A stretch of DNA of 56,805 bases, filler included, from Sphacelaria rigidula (Eukaryota): NCBI GenBank assembly GCA_964200075.2. It is 7 parts of 7 records of this genome, joined end to end, with 100 filler letters (N's around TTAATTAATTAA, not from the genome) between each part and the next. Parts side by side here need not be neighbours in the genome. Positions count along the whole stretch, not along the records: positions 1 to 8,030 come from CAXNAA020012576.1; positions 8,131 to 16,160 come from CAXNAA020012577.1; 5 more parts are not named here. One strand, 5' to 3'. The notes below the pieces were generated by a model that saw nothing but the letters and a program-made list of their open reading frames with translations, searched no databases and was not told the DNA's origin. This document shows, in pieces, positions 1-13,586 of the stretch. The position numbers and the translations under genes are program-made. How positions within the stretch are numbered: the stretch's first letter is position 1; every line of letters begins with the position of its first letter.

Positions 1-1504
1 TACGGATCGCGGTGTGGCGTGGTGGATAAGGGTAGTACGATGATTGGCCGTCGATTCAAAACGACTTACGCGCCCGGAGGGCTGATTGCGGGACTGGCTA
101 GTACCGCAGTCAGGGGTGAGGCGTTATATAAATCCGTCGAGAGACGGAATACATAAACATGCCTCTTTACATCTGGTTGGATCCGGTTCTTTCCGAGGAC
201 CGACCCAATCGGGTGCACCATGGTGTCCACTCTTTTTCGGAAGTGCGAAGTCTCGACACCACCAATGAGAGAAAGAGAAAATAAATCGGCCTTGATCTTT
301 GACCAAGCATATCGTGACGTTTGTCCTGTGTCATTCTACGTTGGACTTACCCACATGCTGTGAGCTTACGATTGTTTCAAGAGTAATGGTGAGACAGTAT
401 GGTGTTTGATTCCAGCAGCGAGCAGATGCTAGAAGGTTGACATGGTAGTAAAATCGAACTGTGCCAAATGGAATGGTGAAATGTGTAACCATATATAATA
501 GTAAAAGTAAGTCATATTTGCATGAGCTAGCAAAACCTTGTATCCTGCATGACCGAAATTCCATTGTTGTTCGCTCTAGTACTCGACTTGTACAGTAGAG
601 ACACGCATGTGGACGACCACAATGGCCAACACTATTCCGTTTGTATCATGGTGCTTCCAACCGGGACTATTGTGTTGACTGGTGTCATCTGCGACGTATC
701 GATCACTCCTCTTGCGATTTCCGAAACGCTCTGTTTCAACAAAGCATCAGCCACCATAATGCTTCGGTCCCTATATATGAAAAATCTTTGTTCACCTCAA
801 ACGATAACCCGCATGTTATGACGAATAAACAAACTGTGCCTTATATGACTATTTGACAGTGTAAAGCGTAGTTGAAGTACAATTCCCCGCTCTGCAACAT
901 GCTTGACATCGTCTCCCAACGCATGTGACCCATATCTTTCGGTTGACGACGTCCCCCAACAGTTTGAAATGATGTTTCCACACGAAGGCAAGACACCCCT
1001 TCCGCTCTACTACGGTACAGTGGTGAATAGTAGCTATGGCTGTGATGCGAGTTAGCTTATCATGCAATGCCTGCAGACCGCGCCTTGAAAGGGAACCTCA
1101 ACCTAGTCTGCTGACCTGACGGACATCGCATGTTATGTACACCCTATATATACTGTATATATTTCAGGGTACAATGCGGGTATTTGAATCCTATTTCGCC
1201 GCCCCTCGGGAAATAACCTTGAGGCAAGTTTGAATTCATGCGTTTTTGAGATTTGAAGATGGTGATGAATCAACAGCCAACATTACTCGTTGTCATAACA
1301 ATCTATAACCTGTGGAGGGAAAGGAAATGATGGATAATGCTGATAACATTGGGCTACCTGCTTGGATTGATTTCACGGCTTACTGGATACCATGTGGACA
1401 AGGCTTGCTGCATGCTGCATCTGGGTAAGAGCCAATAATGTGATGAACCGTAAATGCTGTCAAACGCTGGACTGTTTGTTCATGTAGCCCGATATAGAGA
1501 TGTG

Positions 1505-1535
<31 letters not shown>

Positions 1536-4134
1536 CGAAATGATGTCGAGCTCATTGCTGTTCGCGGGAGTCAAGCTACCGCATCCATGCAGCGCTTATC
1601 CTCGTCCACGTGAAACCGCGTTTTACGGCAGCTATGCACGACTACAACGTGTCTGTAGCAAGCGCACACATGTATACCTCTATCATGATCCAGGGATACT
1701 ATTGCAATAATGCCCGCTTGATTTGGAGCTTGCTGTGCACTGTTGAAAAATCGGAGGTACCTTCTGCCTTCAATGTTTAAATCAAACTTTTGATGTACTC
1801 CTATTTACTGTCGCAGTTGAAGTGGGGGTATAAAAGCAGGTCATCTGCTGTGTGCACCCCATCACCTGAAATAGCGTTATCACAACGTTTGCGCGATGCA
1901 TAAACCAAGCTGATACCCATCTCTCTGCAACCTGCATGATATCATCAATCAATCTCCTGCTAATCAACTGATACTGGAATGCATGAGACCATGAATCGAC
2001 TCAGTATGATGCTCGGCTTGCAGCGGTGGTATCTAGAGTGCAATCCCCCGTCCCAAGTACTGTCATCGGTCTGCTGCTATCCAAACTGGCTTGTGCCTTG
2101 ACACGTTGTAACCGATGAGACACACCGCCACAACCGATTGATTCATGATTCACCCTGCACATAAGTTGTACTACGATACTTTTGCATACCGACGCGATAC
2201 CCCATTTTCCTGTAACCTGATGCGGCACTGTTGTCATTTGAATGATACCAGTTATCCCTCACCATCATCCTGCATCGATCGCGCCTTACTGTTCGATGGT
2301 ATATTACCCCATGTCGCTAAAAACTGATCCACTTGAGCCAAATTTTCGGTTACCATGCGTTGAGTACGCCCTATACACATTGCCATATAAATGCGGAGTA
2401 TTTTTAGATTTTTTGCGTATTCCGTGCTAGCTGCCCTGCACACGCCTGTTCGCAAACTGATATGTGGAATGTATAACACCGAGCTGACACCTGATAATAA
2501 GCGACTGTACCGTGTTGTACTGTACTGTACCAATGCTGGATTTTCGCTTTGCACAAACGTTTGCACCGATGCTTGCGTATTACCGTCAGTCGTCCTGCAT
2601 TTGCTTGGCCCCAACGTGATATTTTAGCGGCATACACCAAACATGTCATGTTACTAGCTGGATACTGTTACTCTATAAAGGCCAAATCTTGTCGTGTAGA
2701 CCTGAATGAGTAGGGTCACGATGGATGCTAAGATTGCAAGACTTTCTGTACTGCTTTACTAAATCTTTCCGTGCAACAGCTGCTGTGTGCTTCCTGCTGT
2801 GTGGTGCAGCTGAAGAGAGCAACACAACACTATGCCGTCTTCGCCCATCAAGCTTTTGTTTACTGTATTCGCCACACATGTGCCTTTACGCCGCCCTGTT
2901 GTCGTGAGTATGAAGAGCTGTACGACGCCCTCTCGTTGTGAGTATTCACCATTTTCACCACGAGGGTAGGTCACCTGCTGAGTTGGTATCAATATTCACT
3001 GGGAAAATGATATGCATGATACAGAGGGACTACCCGCACTGCGGTCTAGAATTCATGACGCCATACTGTGTTGCACTGTCTGAACTGCTGCTTACAACCG
3101 CCGTATCCATCGGGCACACAAGATTGTGTTGCTGCATTCACGTCTTTACTATCGTAGTTTGCACCGACAACTCTCCTGCTTCATAATTGCTCTGCACACG
3201 AATTCCAGCCAATTGCTCCGCACTTGAAAAACAAAATAATAGGCATATCACACCACTGTCTGGGTTATTTCTGACCAAAACAATCCTGGTTTTGTTCGCA
3301 ATTCATAATGCTGTAACCACACGCTCGGGGTGCGCCGCAGGACAGACTAACGTTGGACTTGTTCACATCTGGTGCTGCTGTTGCTATACGCTATGGTTTT
3401 TTTGAGTTTCACAAAGCCGACTGAAATGGAACGACGGTACAATATGCCACACGTACTCAAACTCGACAAGACCCGCTGAATTAAAAATCGCGTGTGTCTT
3501 CGCACATTGAGTTGCGAGAACACCCTTGGGTTTTACGACATGCAACCGTTATATTTATGGTGATGCTGCTACAATATGGCTGTACAGGATGACGGTACTG
3601 ACTGTTTACAGCCTGCACCATCTCCTCGATGAAATCGTTGACTTTGTACTCAGTCTAACAGTGCATGAGTAATTTCCCTTTTCTCTGGGAACAAAACTGT
3701 TCCGAATCACCATCGAATATCAAATGTCGGACTATTCATACGGAAGAACCTTTGCCGTGTACTGTACTGTTTATTCGAGTCTATATACTGTGGGGACAAA
3801 TGATGTAGTGATGGCCGTGTCGCCTGAGTGAAACTACTGAACGCGATATCAACCAGCAGATGGGAGTTAACGAACTGCCTGCGGAAAAGATACACAGGAG
3901 CTATCGATATGTTGTCGGCTACAACTACTAGTAACGAGTACAGCATATACTTTTAGGAACGCGAACCACTTGCTCGAGTATCTTATGCATGACCACGTAT
4001 GCAGCGGTGAAATAATGTCATTTCACTCTATGCTTCGCAAATTCACGAAACTGCTTGTGTGACCGTAATACCACACTGGTTGTGCATACATGCTACAAGG
4101 CACGATACCATGTGAGCCGATTCGTCGTGAACGG

Positions 4135-4980
4135 AAATCGCGAGGCTTGAATCAACATGAGGTATTTACCCTACTCCGGTCAGGGGCGTACTCATTTATT
4201 GCTTGCCTTAGTCGTTTGACCATTGACCACGCATCCCTTTCGAGACGGAGCAGGTCCCCCGGTCAGGGGGGGAGCAGATCATTGATGCGTTAAATGTGTG
4301 TTATTGTCATGGAAATTGGATGTCACTTCAACGTGGTTCCCCCTGATTGATAGTTTTGCCCTTGGTGGATAGCTCCAAAGGGTGTGAGCGAGTCATATAT
4401 GCTTGAGAACTTCGGGGCTATGTGAGGTCTACTTCGATTATGAAGAAATCAGACCCAATCATGTGCTTTGACTTTACTTCACGACTTTCAATACATACAT
4501 GGGTGATTGTTTCCATGTGGACCTAATAACCGCACCTCGTACATGACCGTGTATGCAACTGACAGAGAGTGACATTGTTAAGCTGACGTCCGCTAATGCA
4601 CGGAAATTTGTTTGTCTAATCGTAATGTCATACTGTGTGCATACATGCCACCACGCACCTTACCTATTAGCCGTGACCATAAACTGCGAGGCTTGAATGA
4701 ACGAAATATGAGGTATTCACCCTACCCCCTGGTCAGGGGGGGCAAATCAGTAATGCTCGAAATGCTTTTTTTTTGTCATGGAAAATGGATGCAACCTCTA
4801 TGTGGCTCCCCCTGTTTGATCGTTTGCGCCCTTGGTAGATATATTCAAAGAGATTATGCGAGCCATGCATGCGTAAAACAAATGAAGAGTTATGTGAAGT
4901 TGTTTCGATCCTAAGAGATCAAACCCAATCATGTACTTCTAGCTTACCATTCGATTGTGAATACGTGGATGTTTGTTTCC
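4135..4980 (+). repeat. Diverged direct duplication (~4135-4520 vs ~4681-4980)
   Basis: Both copies run gcgaggcttgaat...atgaggtatt...gtcatggaaa...cccttggt...cccaatcatgt; copy 1 carries an extra ~72-bp insert. Confidence 0.8.
4187..4258 (-). mobile_element. Short insertion of the ATGAGTAC-ended repeat family A, with 11-bp TSD
   Basis: Flanked by CCGGTCAGGGG at 4176-4186 and 4259-4269; the paralogous site at ~4725-4742 is empty; sequence matches 48821-48887, 52380-52447, 55085-55150. Confidence 0.75.
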
Positions 4981-5249
4981 AGATGCACTGCTGAACATAC
5001 CATTAATTGATCAATATTACCCGCAGCGGTGAATCACAGGACTACATGGAGCCTGCAACAGTTGCTCGTCAACAATTATTGTTGGTGCCCGCCTGTCGAT
5101 TTCTACGTAGCTACTCATGAGTGTGATAATCAACCCAGATCCACAACGATTGAGCGGCTATGAGTGAAGCTGTATGCTAATGTGTTTGCATGAGGCCACC
5201 AGACGGATGCTCCGTCAGTTCCCGTTGACCGTCTATACTCGTGCACACT

Positions 5250-5370
5250 TCGACAATCCATTCGAAGACGGCCGTCTACTTGTGCATGCTCTGACAATCC
5301 ATTCGAAGATGACAGTCTACATGTGCGTGCTCCGACAATCAATTGGAAGACGACCGTCTACCTGTGCGCG
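5250..5370. repeat. Tandem repeat, ~41-bp unit, ~3 copies
   Basis: gacaatccattcgaagacggccgtctacttgtgcatgct repeated with variation. Confidence 0.8.
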
Positions 5371-5639
5371 TTATGACCGTCCCGGAGACAGCCCTGCCTA
5401 CATTCTTCTGGTCTTGAGAGTCCATGGGTTCCACACATTCCGTTGCCGAGATTTATACCAAAAATAATCTGATGAAAGTTGTTGGCTTTTGGCTTGTAAT
5501 GAACGACTCGTGTGTTTATCGTGGAGACTATGCAAGTTGCTAACATACAAGCCAGACATCGAATGGATGAACGAGGAAGTTGTATGAACCATATATACAT
5601 ATGTATATATATATAGATGATTGCATCATACAACACAAG

Positions 5640-5977
5640 CAGGAGTTTCCCACATGTTTTCGAGCAGGTTGATAGGAGATCCAGGAGTTTCTCATGTGTT
5701 TTCGAACAGGTTGACAGGGTGCCAGGAGTTTCCCATATTTTTTCGAGCAGGTTGATAGGAGATCCAGGAGTTTCCTATGTGTTTCGAACAGGTTGACAGG
5801 TGACCAGGAGTTTCCCATGTGTTTTCGAACAGGCTGACAGGGTGCCAGGAGTTTCCCATGTGTTTTCGAACAGGTTGACAAGAGATCCAGGAGTTTCCCA
5901 TCTGTTTTCGAACAGGTTGACAGGTGGCCAGGATTTTCCTATGCTGTCCGAACAGGTTGACATGGAGCCAGAATTCC
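5640..5977. repeat. Minisatellite, ~40-42-bp unit, ~8 copies
   Basis: caggagtttcccatgtgttttcgaacaggttgacagg repeated. Confidence 0.92.
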
Positions 5978-7695
5978 CTTGGGAGTCCATCAATTTATAC
6001 CTAGCTGTCCCCGACACGTGATACCATGGCCAAATGCACACGCGTGAACCTGTTCTGTCCGGTTATATTGCTGTTCCTTTCGTTCTCCTTCCCCTTTATT
6101 TGTTTTGTTCGTTATCGTTTTACTGGTGAAGCGCTGCTATTCATGTTACTGGTTCCATCGTTTCTTCAATTGAATCTGTTTTGCTCGAACAAATTCCTGT
6201 TTCCCTTATTCACCTTGTCTTCCTGGTGTACACTTTTGTACCATGATAAAAACGTGGTGCTATCTACTCTATTCCATCGTGTGCTCACGCCGTTGATGAC
6301 TGAGAATTCATCCAGACAACACTCTCGTGACTCTTGAATCATGGAGATTGTCATACACTGCAGTTAATCATCCATAACTATTTCAATCGGTGTTTTTACA
6401 TCTATGTGACACGTGCGTGCAGGTTTAACGTGTCGATTACCACATAGCTAACCCCAAATCGGTGAAAAATGAGTGGAAACCCCCTGAACCCTCGAGTCCA
6501 GTCCTTCTACCCGACGGGATCCGTCCAACAGCCTCCCGTGCAAGCATCTTCCCATGCAGCAGCAGGTTGACGCACCCTTCCACGCGGCAGAAGATTGCTG
6601 CACCTCCTCAGCAGCATCAATCTTTTTTGCGTCCGCCACTGCAGCAATTTTTCTGCACCACGACGATAACAGCAGTATTTTTGCGCCTTTGCAAGAAAAT
6701 ACCGCTGAAGCGCTGCAAATGAATTTGTTTAGTGCTCCTGACCAACGATTTTCACGACCGATCTTTCCTCCATTTTTCTTCAGCGGATCCTTCCAGTAAC
6801 TGGGTCTCCGTTGACATTGTTCACCCTAAGCCAGGCGCGACCAGTAGTGTACATATTCCATGCTCAGCTGCTGCCGCCGCTGCCGCCGCCTCTGTAACAT
6901 CGATCTAGGGACTAGGTTCCACCTAACCCGATGGGTACGCATACAAATATTTCACCCGTCCGGGGCTACCCCTCCTTCGAACGCCATTTTAGCCGAAGCG
7001 AGTAGGAACGATGCACAGCAGCTGTGGGTACAAGCTGAAGTTTGGCACCACAGCAAAAGTAGCCACCGCTCACCAGTAACGGTGTTACTGGGCACCGGGG
7101 CGGGGGGGGGGGAAGCTATGCATCGAAACAGTGGTGAAGGTTGTTGGTAACGTTTAGCAATATAACGAATTTTGAGGTCTGCTAACCCTAGTAACAGTAA
7201 GATACCTCAGATGAAAATTCTAGGGTCAGCGGTAATTCCTATTATTTTCCGCACAAAGGATAAGTTAATAAAGGTATGGATCCGGGTGGTCCATGGATTA
7301 CCATATGGATATATTTCGGCAGCGAGTTTCTCCAGGAGAGACAAGAGCACGTCATCTTTCGGAGGGCGATCGAGATTTCGGCCTTCGCCGGAGGCGCTGT
7401 GAGTACGGTTCGTGTCTAATAGTCCCCCAAAACTCGGAGCTGTTGACACCGACCACCTCACCAGCCAAGGAGATTCAGCAACTTTGGACCTCTTCCGTGC
7501 TGTCAAGCCAAGCGCGCTTGGTGACGACTCGACAGTAAGGTTGTCTGGTTGGAGCGAACTGGCAGCATCAAATGAGGTGTGGAAAAGCCTTGGAGTGACG
7601 TGGAGGACGATACTACGCTGCAGTGGCTGCTGCGTCTGACGGAGGACGTAAGCTCAGAAGGTTTCGCTGGCAAGCTAGTCCCAGGCTACGTGCGA

Positions 7696-7920
7696 TCGAC
7701 GCTAGCATGGGCAGCCGCCTGCGTCACGGTTCGAAAGAAAGACGGACGGTAGTTTACGACTATGTCAAGATTATCGTGGACTGAACCAACTTCTTGAGTC
7801 GTACAGCGGCAGCTGGAGGGATATGTAGACCATGTATAGTGGGCTAGCAGAATCCAAGCACTCTACGAGTGTTAATTTAACGAATGGATTTTACCAGTTG
7901 AAGGTGGAGGAAGTATTTTG
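7696..7920 (+). pseudogene. Ty3/gypsy reverse transcriptase relic
   Basis: Translates as STLAWAAACVTVRKKDG / DGSLRLCQDYRGLNQLL...VNLTNGFYQLKVEE, matching the gypsy RT motifs SPW..P...VKKKDG..R.C.DYR.LN and DL..GFYQ; 4-bp gacg duplication frameshift and an in-frame stop. Confidence 0.85.
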
Positions 7921-8030
7921 GCAGCCAAAGAGTTCGTAGAAGTGATACGCTGATGCGGACTGGAAGGCGTCGGAGTGTGTTGGAGTATATCAGATTGGAG
8001 AGGGAGTCAGGCTGGTACATACGAGTCCGG

Positions 8031-8130
8031 NNNNNNNNNNNNNNNNNNNNNNNNNNNNNNNNNNNNNNNNNNNNTTAATTAATTAANNNNNNNNNNNNNN
8101 NNNNNNNNNNNNNNNNNNNNNNNNNNNNNN
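8031..8130. other. Artificial contig linker (N44-TTAATTAATTAA-N44)
   Basis: 100-nt N-padded spacer with stops in all frames; identical copies recur about every 8.13 kb. Confidence 0.97.
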
Positions 8131-8644
8131 TTTTTCAATCATAGTCGACGACAACAGCGCATACATTGTTCATAAATAATAATAGATAACTCCCCCCCCC
8201 CCCCCCCCCGCCCCCCCCAATCATGTGTCAGTGTAATTACTACATTTTAGTATAGGCTGGTGACCCAAAAAAACATGCGAGAAATCTCGGGAGCGCTATA
8301 CTGAATGCAAATGAAACGAGAGATCGTTCCCCGAGCATCCGGGTGTGGCATACCGGGGAGGGTGTTCACCTGGGCCAGGGACAGGGCCCCCACACGATCT
8401 TGGCCGTGACATCAAACTCGGCAACAATCCCCACGCTGGTCGTTCGGGTCTGGTCGATAAATTTCGCCTCGCCGTGATTGGGCAGGTCGCTGTCTGACTT
8501 ACTTTTGATTATTTTACTAACACGTGCTCAACCTCGTGTTGGTAGGGGATCGGTCCCCAAAGGGTGAACAATATCCCTAGTTTTGCGGAGAAAATTTGAA
8601 AGTCCTACGAGGGTCGAGGCGATGCGGGAGCGCTGATCCATGTC

Positions 8645-8980
8645 ATGAAATTGAATACCAACATATCGGAGAGGCAGGTGGCGGGAGAGAGACGAGGTGA
8701 TGTTCCTTTGAGACCATGGACACGTTGCGGAGAGAGGGAGGTGGGTATATTGGAAAGCATGAATGAAAACGACAAGTATTCTGCCCTAGCCCGTGACCCA
8801 GACTTGGCCCTTGAACCGGCTTCTGAATTAAAATGTGGATCACAGAAGACCTTGGACAAGGACGACTTGGGGACGGAAAGCGACATTGCTGCTGCCGCTG
8901 CTGCTGTTGCTGCCGAGGCGGCGGATGGTGATATGCAGGGCCCGCATCAGGATGGCGTCCTCGACATTCTCAATGCTCAT
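8645..8980 (+). CDS. Possible exon (5' boundary uncertain), perhaps upstream part of the 10941-13777 gene
   Basis: Acidic/Ala-rich open frame ending CAT|GTGAGT in phase 0, compatible with the phase-0 acceptor at 10941. Confidence 0.3.
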
Positions 8981-10940
8981 GTGAGTCATCGACTATTTTT
9001 TGTTGTCATTTCATTTTCATTTTTTTTTTGCACATGCTGCTTTGGTGTGTTTGGTGTCGCTGTTGGGAAAACTGTACACCTACATAATTCTTATTTTCTT
9101 CACTACATATGTCATTTTTCTATTCACTTCCTCAATTTTTGTTTTTCGTTTTGACAAAAACTTCAAGCAGTGAAACCAATAGTTCTATTTTGATTTGTGT
9201 AGTGTGCCGCATGGTTTAGGGTGGTGGTGAGTGGGCTAGTAGGTAGTGGGTAGTGTGTAGTGTGTATTTCCCCCTTGAATAACTAGTTTCGATTTCTTCG
9301 TCGTCCGTATTCCTCTCCGCCACCGTCTTTCCCGCGCCCCCCCCCGTCGCGCGCCAAGCCAACACGTACCGATTTTGACGTGTGCCCGACATCATGTGTA
9401 CTTCCGGGGTGTCTACTGTACCTGTTTCGCCAGAAAGATGTTTCAACCCGTATTGAGTCTAGACCGCGCTCCGCTACTGAACTCTGAAAAATAAAGAAGG
9501 GAAAAAAACATGGGCCAAGTCTAGCCTTGTGATGTGTTGAATCATGACGATACTGAACAGTATCGTTTTCTGTTTCAAGGTATTTTTCGGTAATTTCTCA
9601 GTGTGCGGTCTTCAAGTGATCCCCTCAACTCAAGGCCTTCTCTTTCTTCCTTTCCTTTTTAAATGGCATCGAGACCCATTACAGTTTCTCATCCTCGTTT
9701 CCTCAAAAGCGGTTCTATTCCTATTCCTAACCCTGAACTTGACTCGTTTGCGAAACGACTTGATGCGGATCGGCAGCCGTTCCTGGGTCATAGCGGACCG
9801 GTTCCTTGCGGACCGAGAGGTTTAGGGCGGCCGATTCCCCACGGGTCATCATCTTCGTTCGACTCTACAGATGGTACCGGCGGTGGCTCGGATGTAAGGG
9901 CCCTTTTTTTTCGGTGACGGGGATGGTAAAGAAGGTAGTGGATGTTCTGTTTTATTCACGCCTTCTTTTTGCTTCGTTGGTGCTGATTGATCAAGCCGAG
10001 CACGTGCCAACAAGATTTCAAAATGTTTTACAGCAGCGTGAACGCTGCGGATTGTTGTTTCCCACATCCATTCTATTATGTTTTTTTTTACTGGTGACTC
10101 CGTTTTGTGTACCCCGCTCTACGCCTCTCGAACAAATAAATCCATACTTGATCTGCTAAGCTGCAGCGGCCTTGAATATTTTTTACATCCCGGACAACAC
10201 ATGGCCAATAATTGCAAGAGGCAAAAATATACTGCGTGAAGTATAAGCTTATTGTAACTACTGTCGGCCGACGTTATTTGCAATAGACTATTACTCCACG
10301 CAATTTATTTTTGCCAACTGCGACTATTGACCATGCACTGTCCAGGGTGTGACATTTTTGCTTCGAAAAAGTGAACGAAGGGTGAAGACTGTTTTTATCG
10401 ATATGTTGATGTGCATCCCGAACTAAAGTTGATAACTTCCTGTCGGGTCTCAAAGTACGGTCGGAAGGCGGACAGATTCTAGAGAATATACTGACTGGTC
10501 GTACACTGCAATAGTCATGAGTAGTTAAACAGCAATGCGGAATCGCTCATCCCCCCTTTCATTGATACAGATGGGTTGTCGTTGGTCAGTCGTCCAGATT
10601 TCTGAATTTGTTTTGACACCTAAACACACCGTATTGATACATATTACTTGCGCCTGTTATGGCTATTAACTTATCTGGAGCTATGTTATGGACTCTACCA
10701 CGCAATGTTTAAGATCCATGGTCCTGAGGTACGCCGTGTCTGTAGCTTGAAGCGGGTGATGCCTTCCTTTGTCTCGATTGATTTTTTGAGTCGCGCTACT
10801 GCTCCGCTGCTTAGCACGGCTGAACACTCCATTTGATACCTTGAGCGGTACTACTAGTTATCTCGTTCAAGAGTCCACGCGAAGGTATATTCACCTAAAG
10901 ATCCCCCACCTCTCCCCCACCCCTCCGGCCCCGTCCTCAG

Positions 10941-11573
10941 ATATCTCAAACCATGGATTCAGGTAGCGTGGCAAGCGTAGATATGGAAGAGTGGCAGCTA
11001 GAGTGCTGTCCTGGCGGGCAGCTGGAGGGTCGCGCGCCCGTCGCTGCCACGAGCAAGCGAGCGCCTGCTTTACATGCCTTAAATAGTCACCGCGATGCTG
11101 CCGACGACAGCAACAGCACGCGAGCGCAAAGCGCGAGCAGTACGGCTTCAACAGACGATGGCGACGATGGTATCGTACCGGGTGCTTCCGAAGTGGCGTC
11201 CCCGTCGACCGGCCGCCGGCCGCGCAGCGGCAGCGGCGGCAGCGGTGGCGGATCTGACGATCGCTCCTCAGGCGAAGGTGACGACAGATCACCGAAGTCC
11301 TCGATGGACGACGATGGCGATGATGGAGAACCATGCTCTAGTAGTGGTAGCGACGATCCGTCGTCGGACGTGTCCATGGCGACGAACGCAGCGGAGGCGG
11401 TGGGACCGGAGGGGGCGAGGAGTTCCCAGGAGGAGAGCAGGCATTCCATGGAGGTGGCGAGGGATCAGCATGGGTGGCCTCTGCCGTTGCCGGCCACCTC
11501 TACCGCTGCTGCTGAGACGGCGGCGGTGGCGGCGGCCACAATCGGCGAGGACCGGCGCAAGGGTCGAGCATCC

Positions 11574-11613
<40 letters not shown>

Positions 11614-12671
11614 GTAATGGTAATGGTAATAATTGTGAACGAGAAGAACCTTCCACGGATTGTTCCGACAAACGGCGGAGTGCATCGCCGTTGCCTTCAT
11701 CGCCATCACCACCCGCCTTGTCTCCTATCGCTACCCGTGCTTTTCCTGCTTCTACTCTAACTGGAGCGGCTCCCGAGCTTGAAGAGAGAGACCAACAACA
11801 ACAACTGGCGGTAGAGATAACTGCGGAAGCGGCGGCCGCGGCCGCAGCAGCGAAAGTCAATCCCGCCGGAGCTACCCCGGGTGAAAATGTGGCGGGGCGT
11901 GCTGCGCGTCGTGCAGGCGGGTGCGGTGATGGCGGTGGCGGTGGCGGTGGCGGTGGCGGTTGCGGAGTGGGTAGAAGCGGACCCATTAGTTCCAGGAGGA
12001 GCGGAGAAGTGTCTACTAGGCCTGCCGAGAATGTGGTAAAAGTCACCCCGGTCGCGGTCGCCGATGTGCCCACCCGAGAGCCGCCGTTTGGCATGATAAT
12101 CTTGACCAAGCTGCGAAATGACGATCCACGGTTGGTGCGGAGTGCGGAGAAATGTAGGGCGGTTGTAAGAGAAGGGGGTAGTGGTGGTAGTGGTGGTCAG
12201 GATGGGTCGGGTCCGGCAAGAGGGACGGGGAATGATCCAGCGGGTCCGGCAAGCGGTAGACCCGATCTCGGTGGACCGGTTCGCGGAGCGGACGCGATGG
12301 AAGAGGAGAGCGTCGCGGACAGGAGAAATGAGATGTGGGGTGGGGTTGAAGGGCGTGACGGGGACGGGTCTTATGCTCAAGAGGCGGACAGCGGGGGCGC
12401 TGTTTCCTTCTCCTCAGGGTCCAAGAAGCGACCCATTTCGACGCTGGGAGAGGATAGCAACGATGACGCTACTGTGCGATTGTCTGGGCCGGACGGGGGT
12501 GACGGAGGGGCTAGAGTGCACCGCAGAGGAGGATTAGCGCCGGAGTCGGGTCAAAATGAGGGCAGTGATGATAGTCGAGAACGTCGTGGGAAGAGGCGAA
12601 ATGTTGAGCAGCAGAAGAGGCGGCAGCAGGAGGAACCAACGTTGGAAGATGTTGTCGAAGAGCGAGATCAG
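10941..12671 (+). CDS. Large low-complexity exon (~577 codons) of a putative USP9X/USP24-like ubiquitin-specific protease
   Basis: Pyrimidine-rich acceptor ...gtcctcag|, 580-aa ORF 10953-12695, donor CAG|GTGAGA in phase 0. Confidence 0.8.
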
Positions 12672-12935
12672 GTGAGAGGAAAACAGGAGACGTGAACGAG
12701 GGAGATAATGTGTTGTGTCAGAAGAACCAGACGTTTGTAGTCTCCTCCACACCGTCAGCATGCTGCTCTCTGAGTTCCTACTGTATTTCCACCAACTTCG
12801 TCGTTGCCCCGACAAATTGTGTATTGAGTTGCAACAGTTGTGGTGTATGTATGTACTGTGTGCGACAGCAGTTTTGACAGTACAGTCAGGTACGGTCAAG
12901 TTGGCGAATCTCCGCCCCACCTTACGCTTTCCCAG

Positions 12936-13088
12936 ATGGAGTTGGATGTGGCGACGGAGGGCGGGGAGCGAGAGGGAGCCGACAGCGCACAGATAAAAAT
13001 CACTAGTCTGCGGCGCCGTTCTCGCCTGTGGAATTCGCTTGCGCTTGTGCCCCGGTTTGTGGCCACCATTCTGGACCTGGTGCAAGAG
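12936..13088 (+). CDS. Next exon of the same gene (MELDVATE...FVATILDLVQE)
   Basis: tttcccag| acceptor, GAG|GTGAGG donor, 153 nt, phase 0/0. Confidence 0.8.
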
Positions 13089-13586
13089 GTGAGGCCCGAG
13101 AGCGTAGCCGCCGGCGCGCCCGCATTGTTGACGTTCTTGTCATAATCGAGCTGTTACTTTCACGTCTAGCTGTTGTGGTGAAGTATAATATTGTAGTGGT
13201 GCATGAGGAGTGGCTTTTAACTTGTTTCAGTTTGAAGTGAAAAACATTGCTTGGCTGACTGGCGTTTTTCTTGACTAGTGGGAGGTGCTTTTTGTCTAGT
13301 TTCAGGATGATGTGAAGGAATGGCTTGTCTGACTAGCAGTCTTTTTGCTATTTTTTTTTTTTCGAATTAGTAGACCTGAGAAATCGCTTAGTCTCCCTAG
13401 GTGGTGACATCGAGTGAATCACGATGAATGGTCCGTCTCACGTTTGGAAAGGTCTGATCCAGCATATTTCACCCCCTATAGTATCCAGCACATCAAGCAT
13501 ATACCCCCCCCCCCCCCTCCCCGCGCCCATGTACCCACCCTACCCACCCCACCCTCACGATGTCTCCTGCTGTGTGTTCTTCGCAG

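Noticed and set aside
1-330. Polypurine tract and LTR start (tcaggggtgaggcg)
   Set aside because: No second LTR or internal domain in the contig to confirm it
5640-5977. CRISPR-like array
   Set aside because: Whole units repeat with no unique spacers, there are no cas genes, and the context is eukaryotic
6440-7640. gag or other retroelement ORF upstream of the RT relic
   Set aside because: Coding-like but fragmented, with no recognisable motif
8075-8086. TTAATTAATTAA palindrome every ~8.13 kb as a biological motif
   Set aside because: Embedded in fixed N padding; an assembly linker
11087-12380. Long overlapping alternative-frame and antisense ORFs
   Set aside because: Shadows of the GC-rich low-complexity exon
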